Part shown: piece by piece, positions 1-12,214 of the stretch
Layout of the letters: each line of letters opens with the position of its first letter
How positions within the stretch are numbered: position 1 is the stretch's first letter
NCBI GenBank assembly: GCA_013115125.1
Contig: JABANN010000302.1
Span: 1-41,109, forward strand
Length of the DNA stretch: 41,109 bases
Direction of reading: 5' to 3'
Source: Perkinsus olseni
Taxonomy: Eukaryota
Translations under genes and position numbers: made by a program
Notes under the pieces: generated by a model
Told to the model about the DNA's origin: nothing
Database searches by the model: none
What the model saw: only the letters and a program-made list of their open reading frames with translations

Positions 1-117
1 CGTACCCGTACCCGTACCCGTACTAGACCGTACCCGTACCCGTACCCGTACTAGACCGTACCCGTACCCGTACCCGTACTAGACCGTACCCGTACCCGTA
101 CTAGACCGTACCCGTAC
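1..117. repeat. Tandem microsatellite (CCGTAC)n with interspersed TAGACCGTAC variants, truncated at window edge
   Basis: Directly visible 6-bp units with a recurrent 10-bp variant. Confidence 0.95.
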
Positions 118-1817
118 TGTCGCCCACCTCTAGTCTGAGGTTGTTATTTTCAATCGTGATTATTGCGGAATTTCTCATAGCCTGATGGTCGACTGTTTGC
201 CTGGTCGGCAAATAGAGGAGTTCGCGTTACCGGGAACTAGAAGAGACAATGAATGGACCCCCTCATCGTTTTCGGATGCTGGACCAGCTCCTCTGCGGTA
301 TCGCCTTCTGTGTCAACGGACTGCCTTAATAGCCTGCAGAGTGTCCAGGTTGCGATGACTGATTCTCTTCTTCAGGGTCGGCTCGTCGTGGCGTTGGTGA
401 GGAGGGACAGCAGCAGCAGCAGCTTCGAGTGCCAACGACACCTCGGAAATGTCAGACGCCGGGGAGTCGCCTCCGATCGTAGGTGGCTGGGCTTAGGATA
501 TTCACCATAATACAGTCTATGCATGTTACTATAGTAATATTTAAAGAGCTTTGATGAGTATACAAGTCCTTGAAGTCACTGATACCTTCGCGTTTTACAC
601 CGCGAGTAAAAAAGTCCTCGGGTTTTTTCACGCGTTTTTCACGTTTAGAATGTGAATTTGGCGATGTGAAGTTTGAAGTGTGTTTTTACTAGCGTTTTAA
701 GCTCACCTCGTCCCATTTCACTAACCCAACAACTACAATTAATGAGTAATAAGAAGGAGTGCCTTAACTACGACACACTTTAACTCCTGGCTGATTATCG
801 GCCTGAGCGTATGGGTTGTAACTCGTGTGAGTGGCAGTGAAGCCCAGTGGGCTCAGCTCACACACACCACGCCGAACGATACTTTACGTATCAAGGCAGT
901 GGAGCACTCAAGCGTGGTAATCCACGGGAGTGATAAAAAGAGGAGAAACAGAAAAAAAATTGGTGGTGTATATACCGATAAGCTGACCAGGTTGGATGTA
1001 GTACTAGGTTTGCTGACTAGCTACGGATGTGCGACACAACTTTGTGTCGCAACTCTGGTGATCAGGGACAGACGGTTTGGTTAAACTACGCTCACGGCGA
1101 ACCGTGGCTTGCACTTAAAAACAGTATATGGAAAACATATACTGATTACGGGGACTGAATATATAATCTATCGAACGTCGCTGTGCTCGGTTGCTCGACA
1201 GTAATGGACGTTGGGGCAGCCAAGGTCGAGGGACGACGGCGTCTGTGCATTGACGGGGTGTCCTCCTCTTGATACCAACGTCCACTGTCCATGGCGAATC
1301 GCTGCTAGCTATGTCGCCCGTCTACACCCACGATATGAAAAGCACTGTTTTTCATATTGCGGGTACAGCTCCAGTTTTGATGGATACCTGGACTAACTGT
1401 TGAAGATAATATGCTTATTATTGATATACTTAGTTTAACGTACTGAATATCTTCTAAATATTCTCCTCCTTCTCAGTAGGTCCTCATCCTCGACACTCAA
1501 TTTTGGCGCTCTTTTCAAGAGAGTGTTGATTTATGTCTTTGAGTTGTGAGTCTCACCGATATTTAGTTCCCAGTAATCAACCACTGGCACCCCAAAAAGT
1601 TCCTCACAAAGCGCCCACTCCGTACCCTTGTTAATATACATAGTTTAACGTACTGAATATCTTCTAAATATCTATAGACCTTTTGGCAATCGTGAGTTAG
1701 TACACTGGCAAGTAGAGCCCACGCCGTCGGGGCTCGGCAGTTCTCTTTGCGTTTCGACCTCACGCACTGACAGCACTGATCGGGCGATTATTGTTGAGGG
1801 AGAGTGTGGGGTTTCAG

Positions 1818-4800
1818 GAGGCTGCCGTCGATTGGTGATGACTCTGAGTGTGGTCAGGAGGACATGGGTGACCAACCCGGTGTTAACAGCGTTGTTAAGG
1901 TAGGCTACTGCAGGGCGATACGGGTTGGTACGCCAGCACGCTTATTGAGGTCGAAACGTCTGGATTGTGGTAGGACTGCCACCCGAACTTATTTTCCCGA
2001 TTTTTCCGCTATTATTTTTCCGTTGCGGGAATTTTCGCATCCGAAATTTTCGCAAATTGCCAATCGCACTCCCAGATCGAGCTAAGGTGGAGCTAAGATT
2101 CTTTTCTCAGGTATTTTGTACTCATTCTGAGCCCAACTACTCGGCGCCGTGGGGCTCAAAGCCACAGATTTCCAGTGAGTTCGTGTTCCTGTCTCTTCGA
2201 CTCCACCGCCAGGGCTTAACGGCTTTTTTTGATTTGCGTTTCAAGATCGATTTGAAGGCGTTCCCGGCAGCTCATTCATGTAAACACGGTTGCGAAATAA
2301 TAAGTTTTATTTTGTATCATTTTTGGTGAAAAAGAATAATTTTTGGGAATTTTCCACTCCCGTATGATTTTTTGTCAGTTATTTTGTAAGGGGGTTGATG
2401 TTCGCTATCGTGAGTGCCCAGTTTGTTTCTGATCCGAAAATCATTCAGAAGTTGGAGCTTGAGATCAAATTATTGAAAACTCAGAGAGTCTTTGGAATCG
2501 TTTTTTCCAGGTACTTCACAGCGTTCGCGTTCGCGGTTGTTGGCAGCGCTGAGGAGCGGCCCTCTCGACAGCTACTGCTAACCAACGCCCATAGTGTTAA
2601 GCATGCCGCGGTCATCCAAGTAAGTGCGATCTGCCTTTCTCGTAGCAAAACAAGGTTACTCGATGTGTTGATCGTTGTCGCTTTTTGGTCGCTCAGTAGT
2701 AGTGAACGGGCTAGCCAGCGAGGGGAACATCGCTGATCTCGTTGCGCAGCCGAAGTCGGCGCCCTCGGTCTATGACGACGTTTTGAGCCATCCCCCTTGT
2801 TCTCATCTTCGGGGTTCTTACGCATCCTATGTTGATCATGGGATCAAACAAAATGCATGACGTGCGGGCTGGGCGGAGCGAAAATTTGTCGGAACAATTT
2901 CCAGTAGTGTCATCACCGTAGTAGTGAATAAGATCGAATCAGCATAGTAATCATCTGGAGCTGGTGAATCTGGTCAACCATGCGACCCTTTCTTTGTGGG
3001 TAGGTCAAGACGCGCGGCAGCTCCGCGAAGGTTGTTTGTCGACCCCTCTGCGTCGCCTCAGAGTGCGATCTCGCGATTCTCGAGCCAGTTTTCGAGGTGA
3101 GCGGGTTGCTCGTTGGTGGAGATGTATTTTTGTGATGATCCGCAGGGGGGTGACGCGCGAGCGAAGGAGTTTTGGGACACTCTGGAGCCGCTCAAGTTGG
3201 CCAGGAAACTGCCGGTGAGTTGAATTTCGTGGCGCGTGACGATTTATGTAGGGGTGATGTTATTTCAGAAGCTCGGCGACGATGTGACTGTTGTTGGGTA
3301 TCCAGTGGGAGGAGACAACACCTCTGTTTCGCAAGGTGAGAAGATGGCCTTGAAATCGATCGACCGATCGATTATTATCGTTTCTCGCCATGCGGTTCTC
3401 GGCTATTGTGGGTCATTATTTTGACACACTCATGGAAGTGGATTTTTTCTGTTTGGGAAAGTATTTTTTACGGTAAAAATTTTACGGTTGAATTTGATCC
3501 GCACTGACTGCCGAGCTCTGCCTTGTATTTGCGGAAAGTGTGCTATGCGCATGCGTGCCACCGAAGTTGATGGTGTCTCCAGAGGAAAGCTTTTGAATAC
3601 TGTCGCTTCTCCAGTGGACCTCATAGTCAACGCAAGACGAGAAGGAGTGTAAAGCTTGTCTATTGCTTCTTCTAAGCTTACTCTCTCGAGGGAAATAAGC
3701 TATGCACGCATGCACAAGACGATCGGCGAATAATGAGTAACAAACACTTGTCTACGCGTTGCTAATAGGGGTAGTATCGCCGAAGAGCCTGGCTACACTA
3801 TCTCTCTGTTAGTTCACCGCAACTGACGCTTCACCTTTATCTTTTATTTTCATTTTTGTCTTCCAGCGCGAGTTATGAGCAATTATTGTTCGTGCAACAG
3901 CCGGCTCCCTTCCGAGTCAGAAATGCCTGTCGCTGGTCAGGCGTGGTGAGTCGTATCGATCTGCAAGAGTACACGGCACATGGATCGGCCGGGGCGCCTC
4001 GTCTACTGGCGATTCAGGTAACGGGTTCCGGGAGGGCTGGATGAAAATGCAAAGCCCTGGGCTGGTATCACTATGCTGAAGGGCGTCATTGTCAAATTGA
4101 AAGATTCCTCTCATGCTGCTAGCATCATGAAGTTTGCTCTGCTGATTATTTCGAGAGAGAACCAGAAGAATAGAGTTGGTGACGTGCGCATGAGAGTATC
4201 TTAGGTTGATGCTTGCTCAGCACGCATGTGAGTATCTTAGGTTGATGCTCGTCCAGCATGCACGCGTGAGAGTATCTTAGGTTGATGCTTGCTCAGCATG
4301 CACGCGTGAGAGTATCTTAGGTTGATGCTCGTTCAGATTGACGCAGCGATAAATCCGGGCAACAGCGGTGGACCGGCGGTTGATAACAATGGGAGGTGGG
4401 TGGCGCGGTCCGTCATCGGCGAAGATGTCGTGAAGTCGCTCGCAGGTGTATCGGAGTCGCCTTTCAAGCATTGAGGGGGGAGGGCACCGAGAACATAAGC
4501 TACATCATACCAACGGAAATAGTCAAGCACTTCCTAGAGGACTTCCAAAAGCATGGCAAGTAGGTTTTGATGGTGTTACATTAGATAAGTCACCGAGAGT
4601 CCTTTACAGTACTTCTCGAGTTATAGCTACAGGACTACGTAAGCTAGGCTAGCAAAGGAAGACAGCCACAAGTGGGCTCATTGAGCGACAAAATCGTTTG
4701 CGTGCAACGTTTCCGCGAAGATGAGAAGGTCTCTCTCCCCACATCATCGCGAGCTGCTGACCGATCGAAGCGTCTTACTCAGATACACAGGATTCGGGGA

Positions 4801-7702
4801 CGCCGGTTTTGTGGCGCAACCGTTGGAGTCAGCATATATACGTAAAGCGCTGGGGATGCCCGCCAACGTGAGTACCACATTTTCATTTCTCTATTCTGTG
4901 CTTCATGCACTCGGAGAGACACAGTTCGGTCGAAAATTGGTTTACAAACATCGTTGTTGAACGACCGGTGAAACGCAGTCAGAATTTTTTACTGACTGTA
5001 TCTCGCGTATCTTGCTCTTTAATTTTCTGGATTCTCATCAGCCAGATTTTTCTATTTTTCAGTTGACCGGAGTGCGAATCCGGCGAATCGACGCAACAGC
5101 GCCGGCCGCGGAAATCCTGAAAGTCGGGGATGTTGTGACGAGCGTTGGAGAGTACGAGATTGCGAATGACGGGACTGTTCCCTTCAGACAGGTTAGTGTT
5201 GGGGTTCATGATGGCGACGATTTTACGCGCCGGTTTGCACGCATTCTAGTGATCTTCTCCACAATCTGCTTATCAATTCCGCACAGCGAAGATTTGCACT
5301 TGAAAGATCTTTGATCAATTATGAATATATTCACAATCGATCAGCCGTTTCATGTAAAGCAAGTATAAGTAATGATCATTGTGAGTGCGAACTGCGTGAG
5401 AGTTAGGCTGGTAAAAATGGCCTCGCTGGTGAAGGCAGTTAATACACAATTCACTCGTGTAATCTACCGTGTCAGACGTGTTGTCAGGGTCGCTCTCTGT
5501 CTCACCAGGGGAACGCAAGTCATAACTCATAAGGGAAAAAGGAAGTATAAAAAACAACGATAACTTTTGGCTCTCACCCAATGAACTCAGCCCCTTAGCT
5601 CGCTATATGCTTAGGGCGAAAAAGATACGACTACACAATAACAGCGCATCTGGCATTACAGTGTACAACCTAGCTCCCGCTCAAAAAGTTCACTAGTCCC
5701 AGTCCAAGCGATAATAGCAAAGACATGAGCAATTTTCTTCTCGGCAATGTTCTCATCAACGTACAGGGTGGTGCAACATACAGTTGATCAGCAGCTTTGG
5801 ATTCTCTGCTTCATGTTGGATTACCCTGTATAATTCGCGTTGAGTCTCCCTGTGCGGGTCACATTGGAGCAGCAATTTCGAGTAGGAAATCGAAGAATGG
5901 TTTTCAAAGGTTGTTGGTGCTTGACTCAAGCAGCTTGAGTGTCACCAAGTCGTTCTTGTTCAGGGTGAACGAATACCGTTCAGTTATCTCTTACAGCGCC
6001 ACTTTGTTGGTGATACCGTACCAATCGGAATTCTCAGGAATGAGAAGAGCGAGACGTTAAGCTTGAAACTGAGGTTAGGGGCTTCTTTCGAGACAAATGC
6101 TCATCGCAATGCGGAGAGTCCTCATGTCTTATTCCGTTGAGAAAATGCTAGAGAGCACAAGTCTAGCAAGATTAAAGAAATATCTGGTATTGAGACTAGC
6201 ACCTCTGTTGCTTCTCCGCTGTTGTTCATAAGACATCGCAAATCAAGAGAGTTGTCAAGGTCTTTTCTCTTTTGCGTCTAGGCTTGCTCTCCCTAAAGGA
6301 ATCAGCTATGCACGTATAAAGAGCGTGCATTTTTACTCAATGTTCGCAAAATTTACACAAAATTTTCACAAAATTTACGCGAAATTCACACAAGACGATC
6401 GGCGCATAATGAGTAACAGATGTCAGATTAAAAAGATCCTCTTTCATGAGGACTCGGTTCGTTCGTCTTGCGTACGGTGAGAGAACTGTCGTGATGTTGC
6501 AGTGGTCACGAGTTTGGAGAATATTTTCTGTGCGAGCAGAGAGAGCATCTTGTCCAGGCCCAGGGCCTTAGATAGTGGATTTAATTTCTCGGGTTTGATT
6601 CAACCAGTGTTGAATTTCGGAATTTTCTGTTCTCAGCAAAGCTGACCCACTGGTTCCGGTTGAACCACGCTACGGTCCAGAGTACCTCATCGTTGCTGGT
6701 CTGGTCTTCCTCCCGTTGACTGAACCTTTCCTGCTCTGCGAGTACGGTGATAATTTCGAATCAGAAGCCCCGGTGAGTTCACCCGTCACGCCCTCTACCT
6801 GTTGTCCACCATCACCATCAAAGATGGTTTATCGTTATTATTACATCATCGTTATTATTATCATCACCATCATCATCTAAGACGGTCCGTTGCCAATATC
6901 GTTATCATCATCAACGATTGTCCATTGTCAATATTGTTATGGTCATTATTTTCATCGTCATCGCAATTCTCATTATCATCATCATTTTTTTCATCGCCGT
7001 CGTCATTATCATCTTCATCGTGTGTTAGATTCGTCTTTGCTCGTTATGGTCGCATGGGCAGCGCAAGTCTGCTGACGACGAGGTGGTGATTTTGCATCAA
7101 GTATTGGCGAGTGAACTAACAGTAGGGTACCACGACATCAAGTGCCTGCAGCTGGCGAAGTTAAATGGAGTACAGGTGAGTAAGCTTCTCGGATCAAAGA
7201 TTGGTGTCCTCTGAAACCTAGCCCTAGCTGGATAATCGGTAGCGAATATTGAATAATCTCAGCACAGCAGCGTGGTCGCTCGGGGCTGCCGCGCTCAACC
7301 TCTTCTTCGTTCAAGTCGAATCAGCCTCGCAAGAACTATTATTGTTCACGCGGGACGTCCGTGCTGCAGTCGGATCGAGTCACCATACTCAGAGGCTTGT
7401 CAGAGCCGATGTACCACTGCTGATGTTAACTGTACGGGAAGATAACGCTCTGCTGGATTTCGCTGGTCTGGAACCTTCTCTTCGTTTTCGCATCCAACTG
7501 CCCTGCGTTTTAGGTGAAGAATTTGAGACAGCTCGCTGATGAAGTTGCGCGGATCGAGCTGGAAGCGGGTGACGAGTCGATGATGACCTTCGAGTTGGTC
7601 AACGGCGACGTTGTGGTCATTCCCGTGAAGCAAGCCATGCAGGCGAATGAGGAAATAATGAAGAGAAACAAGATCGCCAAGAGAATGAACTTGCGAGAGT
7701 GA
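1818..7702 (+). CDS. DegP/HtrA-family serine protease with PDZ domains (plant DEG2/DEG9-like), multi-exon; 5' exons probably extend to about 249
   Basis: GT-AG bounded exons join to give NSVVK|VFCTHSEPNYSAPW, LLTNAHSV (His), ASECDLAIL (Asp), VTVVGYPVGGDNTSVSQGVVSRID and IQ|IDAAINPGNSGGPA (Ser). PDZ-type segments follow (LTGVRIRRID...LKVGDVV...IANDGTVPFR, PEYLIVAGLVFLPL). Last exon is 7514-7702. The start exon is uncertain, and there is a 1-nt phase conflict near 2511. Confidence 0.88.
4191..4336 (+). repeat. Four tandem ~36-40 bp copies of an intron 3' end (GAGTATCTTAGGTTGATGCT...CAG)
   Basis: Unit visible four times; the last copy supplies the acceptor of the GNSGG exon. Confidence 0.9.
6805..7020. 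repeat. Degenerate (CAT/ATT)n low-complexity tract in a protease intron
   Basis: Run of catcat/attatt triplets; produces spurious His/Ser-rich ORFs. Confidence 0.8.
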
Positions 7703-7845
7703 CGCTGTTTAGTAGCAACCGCACGCGAAATGATGTTTCCAACCACCAAGGGTGTCCTCGTTTGAGTAGAACCATTGACAGGTTTTCCTGTTTTATGGGG
7801 CTTCCGTTATCGTTGTTAGCATTGTTGCGCTATATTTAATCTCGT

Positions 7846-8835
7846 ATGATCTTCTGTTTGTCGGTAATCTCCGCCGCTCTCCCCGCTGCCCTTGCATGGG
7901 GCCCTGATGGTCATGCAGTCGTCGCCCAGCTCAGTCAGGAGCGTATCACGGATGAGACCCGAGAGGCTATTGATGCTATCATGGGTGAGGGTGTTCCGAT
8001 GTACAACTACTCTAGCTGGGCTGATGATATCAAGTACGGTCCTGATGGCTATAAATGGAGATGGTCGTCCCCCCTTCATTTTGCCGACACCCCCGATTGC
8101 CGCTTTCGCTACTCTCGAGACTGCAGGAACGACAGATGTGTTGCCGGTGCTTTGAAGAACTACTCTCGGCGTGTTGTTGACGAGTCCCTCCCTTTGGAAC
8201 AGCGACAAGAGGCCCTCAAGTTCATCGTACACTTCGTTGGTGATGCTCATCAGCCTCTGCATGCTGGGAACCCTCGAGACCTCGGAGGCAATAAGATCGA
8301 TGTTGATCTCGGTTTTGCCCGTCATCAGCACACCAATCTCCACTCCACTTGGGACTCCGCTCTCCTCTACGAGTTTCAGGGCCGTGGCCGTCGTGCTCGT
8401 GGTGAGCCCTACTGGACCATCACCGAAAAGGCTGTGAGTGATGAGCTCGAGAAGGGTGGCAGATACGCTGGTGACGTCGATGACTGGGTCGAGGATTGTG
8501 AGAAGTACGGCCTCGATGTGTGTGTGGACAGGTGGGTTGACGAGACTGCCCAGGCAGCCTGTGCGTACAGCTACAAGCATGTGAACGGGTCCCGCGTCCA
8601 TAACAACGACTACCTTCCTATGGCTTACTATAATGGCCGTATCGAGGTTGCTAAGGAGCAACTCGCAAAAGCTGGCATCCGTCTGACCTGGTTGCTGAAC
8701 AACGTCACGGCTTCGTCTACAGGCGGCCCTACCACAACAACCGCTGCCCCTAGCGGAGCGGACGGGATAAGCTCAATTTCTAGTACCGCCCTTCTTTCTC
8801 TTCTTGTGCTTCTGCTGTTGACTACTGTAGTTTAA
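7846..8835 (+). CDS. S1/P1 nuclease copy 1, signal peptide, Thr-rich linker and hydrophobic (GPI-signal-like) C-terminus
   Basis: Mature N-terminus WGPDGH plus WADDIK, LHF, HFVGDAHQPLH and NLHSTWD give the full Zn-ligand set of the S1/P1 family. Ends ALLSLLVLLLLTTVV. Confidence 0.95.
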   Translation: MIFCLSVISAALPAALAWGPDGHAVVAQLSQERITDETREAIDAIMGEGVPMYNYSSWADDIKYGPDGYKWRWSSPLHFADTPDCRFRYSRDCRNDRCVAGALKNYSRRVVDESLPLEQRQEALKFIVHFVGDAHQPLHAGNPRDLGGNKIDVDLGFARHQHTNLHSTWDSALLYEFQGRGRRARGEPYWTITEKAVSDELEKGGRYAGDVDDWVEDCEKYGLDVCVDRWVDETAQAACAYSYKHVNGSRVHNNDYLPMAYYNGRIEVAKEQLAKAGIRLTWLLNNVTASSTGGPTTTTAAPSGADGISSISSTALLSLLVLLLLTTVV

Positions 8836-9049
8836 CTCTGACCAGAGCATTCCCTCTTGTTGTACGATAAAGTTCGGGTGTGAGATGTTCGGATGATGAA
8901 TCATCGATGCGATAATCGATGACGATCTTCATCTTGGAGTAAATGCTTCGCTGTAACATAGGTATCCTCGCTGTCCCACGAGGACTCGAGGTTGTTGAGT
9001 TGTCGCCAGGGAGGTCGTAGAATGCCAATTAGTGACTTTTCGTCCATTG

Positions 9050-10350
9050 GCGTGCAAGCCGGCGGCCTTTGAGCGGATGGACGGGGCTGATTGTACAATG
9101 TACTGCTTCATGTATGAATGAACATTTCAATCGGCATTTGAAGGTGCGCAGCGGTGCTGGTTCTGCAACTAACGGTGTCATTAAGAAGTGTGTCGTTCTA
9201 GGGCACACGCACGTGAAGAGGCTTCGAGATTTGTCACACTCCACATTGTTTGTTAAGCAACCAGACTCATCGAGGCGGTCCAGTACAAGGGTGTGGTTGT
9301 CTCTCCCATTTCTGACTTCGGAACGCAGCAGAGGGGGCTGAGTGCCCAAGTGAAGGGGACCGAGCGCTGGCTTGACGCGACTGTGTTGCTCCTGGTTACC
9401 CCCACAGTCTGACTGTGCTCAACCTCTGGCCTGTATTGCCACACTCAGACCCCGGTTTTCAGGCCCCGGGTGTCAATCGGTCCACGCTGAGGAACTTCCT
9501 CGTCCAGAGAGCCCAGCTCGGTGTGATCGTCTCTATGAGACACACGAGGGGGCTCAACGTGTGGCCCTGCATCATTCAACACGGCTTCAAGGATTTCAGG
9601 CTTCTCACTGACAGCATTTTTCATGCTGTCGTCGTAACCATCGAGGCAGGCGATGAATCCCCGCTTCACCGTATCCAACTCGTGGGTATCGAGTTCCGAG
9701 CTCCGAAGCATCTCGGAAAAATCGTTGCTCACCCGGAGTAACCTATCCGGAGGTACCGTGTACTCGATGTTGACACGTTTAAGTAGGAAGCTCGTTAATC
9801 CTCCACAAGCGAAGTCTCCCTTCGACTCGAGTATGTGCAACGCTTCGACGAGGGGAGTGTATATTCTCACCACTCTACTCACCGCGAGACCTTGTGATGA
9901 CCATCGTGTGGAAACGGATCGTAGCAGTCTCAGCGGTTGGGCGGACATGGCATTAGGCCGATCTCTACTGTCCACATCCGCATCCTCTTTGCCCTCACTA
10001 ACCTCATCTCCCGAACTCTCGGAGCAACTGTCCACATGAGACTGCCCACTATCCGTTGCCGGCGGCAACCTGCCGCCGCAGAGACGTACGCACGTTCATA
10101 TTGGGCCTCCTCCAATGCGATCGTCTTCCAATTAGACCGTGAAAAGTGGCCATACAACGATGCGCACATGTCCAAACACGAATTGGCCCTCTCACAAAGT
10201 TCCGAGGCCGCATCCTTCATGCACAATGCCAGCACATAAGCACGGCAATGACAGTAGTTCACACCCGCCCCGAAGAAGCCCCTCACGCCCGTCTCATGAC
10301 CGCTGAAATTCGACCCCTATCACAGGAGAGAACCCTGATTCCGCTAACCC
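9050..10350 (-). mobile_element. Degenerate hAT-superfamily transposase remnant
   Basis: Across frameshifts: VLSCD/GSNFSGHETGV (DGASNMSG-like), YCHCRAYVLAL (CxAHxLxL-like), RSVSTRWSS (TRWxS), and a possible C-terminal NVECDKS (ECERSFS-like). No TIRs identified. Confidence 0.7.
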
Positions 10351-10720
10351 AACTTTCGATAGAAACCTCCCGTCGCGATCACTTATTGTTGAGGTAGAGA
10401 ATCCATAGGAGAAGAAACAGTCTTCCAGCGTTTCCAGAGTGGAAGCAGTATCATGGCAGAGCATACTTAGATGCCGAGTCAACCAAACTCAACTTTGTGG
10501 GGTGGGCCATCGGTCTCAGAAGGATAATAGAGGAGACCTATTAAGTCTACTCCTATCACCTCCATCAGAATAGGGCTTCTGGGGGGAACTATCCCAATCC
10601 TCCGGCACGTAACAGGTAAGAGCCCGTCGTTTGACAGCTGATCAAGGCAGGCCGACGTTGGGCCGCCCAACCTAAGCGGAGCCTCCCGGCTGTGGGCCTG
10701 GCCACCGAGCCGTATCATTG
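10350..10720 (-). mobile_element. LTR-retrotransposon integrase (rve) fragment
   Basis: EVIGVDLIG...TRH...TASTLETLEDCFFSYGFSTSTISDRDGRF resembles the first two acidic motifs of a DDE integrase core; frameshifted. Confidence 0.6.
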
Positions 10721-10917
10721 AGGTTTTTCTGGATGTGCTCAGCCTCGGTGAGATGCCAACTTGGTAGAGTGCCCGCTGCTAATAGCAGCGGGTTCTATGC
10801 GGCATAGCAGCCTGCTATGCCGACTACGGACCCAGGTAAGCTTGACCCCACTGTTTCGGATGGGGAACAGGTTCTCGCTGACTCTCTAAGCGTTGACGTT
10901 GAATTTTTGCATCGTGT

Positions 10918-11288
10918 TGCTGTTGGCCTTCATTCCCCTCGCCTCTCTGACTCCCCTTTGACTGAACACTAGACACAGTTGACATAATGGATCCATTGGT
11001 GCCAACGAAAAAAAGATTTTCTAAGGCAGGAGAGTGGATCGGAAATCCGAGAAGTTGCTCACAAACTTTCACGGGTGGGAGAGCCACTAGCTCCGCTAGG
11101 GAGAAAGAAAGCTTCTCTCCTCCGTCCCCCAAAGTTAGACGGGCCACATCGCGCAAAGCCGAAGAGAAGAGTTCAGAGGAAGTTTTTGAGAGACAAGAAG
11201 TCCGGACGGTGCACCATGCTGTTGGCCTTCATTCCCCTTGCCTCTCTGACTCCCCTTTGACTGAACACTAGACACAGTTGACATAATG
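10918..11288. repeat. 72-bp direct repeat (10918-10989 and 11217-11288), one mismatch
   Basis: TGCTGTTGGCCTTCATTCCCC(T)...GACACAGTTGACATAATG occurs twice, 299 bp apart. Confidence 0.92.
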
Positions 11289-11399
11289 TAACTATCACAG
11301 TTAGCAGCAACAGAGAGATAGAGATAACGACAGGACCGCTGTCGGCCACAAGCTGTAGCCTTCAGCTATAGTCGATCAAGCAGCGCAAGATACGGCGAA

Positions 11400-11760
11400 T
11401 GATTGGTCATGGCGACTACAGCGGGGTATCGCTTTCAGTGTTCACGTTGAGGAGCTCGAACAGGCCTTCAAAGAGGTGACCTTCAACAGAAGAACTCGCT
11501 ATCGCGAAGTTTACTTCGCAAGGTAGGCCAAGTGCCTTCGTACGCATGGCCATGGTCTGAAGATTGCGAAGCCTCTGCTGAGGAGCCAGGCCGGGTTAGT
11601 TGGCCGCGACGCTCTCGACGTAAGGATGGGATTTACCTCGAGGACATCTGTCGAGTGGTGACTTTCCTGATGAACACTAGACGATTAGACTACGATCACC
11701 CCGACGAACCCAACGGCGCGTTTGTCGTGTTCACTTCCGACTCCCTTGCTCGACGATTGT
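11400..11760 (+). mobile_element. Possible second integrase fragment (BEL/Pao-like C-terminal part)
   Basis: RVVTFLMNTRRLDYDHPDEP...FTSDSL loosely resembles the 'LNSRPL...LTP' motif; weak. Confidence 0.3.
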
Positions 11761-12214
11761 CCTTGCGCCTGGTACTCCTACTGTCCATATTTCAGTGAAA
11801 TAATTACACCGTGTAATTTACACGCCTCATAACCTGACCGAGATGTTCCGCAACATCCGAGTGCCTGTCGCACGGCCTATGGGATATCAGGGTCCGAAAA
11901 CTTAGGTGTTGGGGCCCTAGATGGGTGTTCCGATCCGGATCTCTTAGAAGAGATGAGTCCCTCTGGGTCACGCCAAGGATATTCTTGACGAGGGCCGAAG
12001 GACCTTCGGCGAAGGTTGTGCATTACCCTTGCTGACAGATCTGGAGCTGAACTTTGCCATGAAAAATGTTGTGCCGATATGAGTTGAATGGTGTTTTTCA
12101 TTGGAAACTTTCCAACCCCTCAGGGGCTCCTCGTTTGGGTGAAACGATCGGCAGGGCGGATTTTCCAGCATCTCGCGACTGCTTTCAGCTTTGTTGCTCG
12201 ATAATATTCTCGCC

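Noticed and set aside
6802-7089. His/Ser-rich ORFs
   Set aside because: Translation of an intronic CAT/ATT microsatellite.
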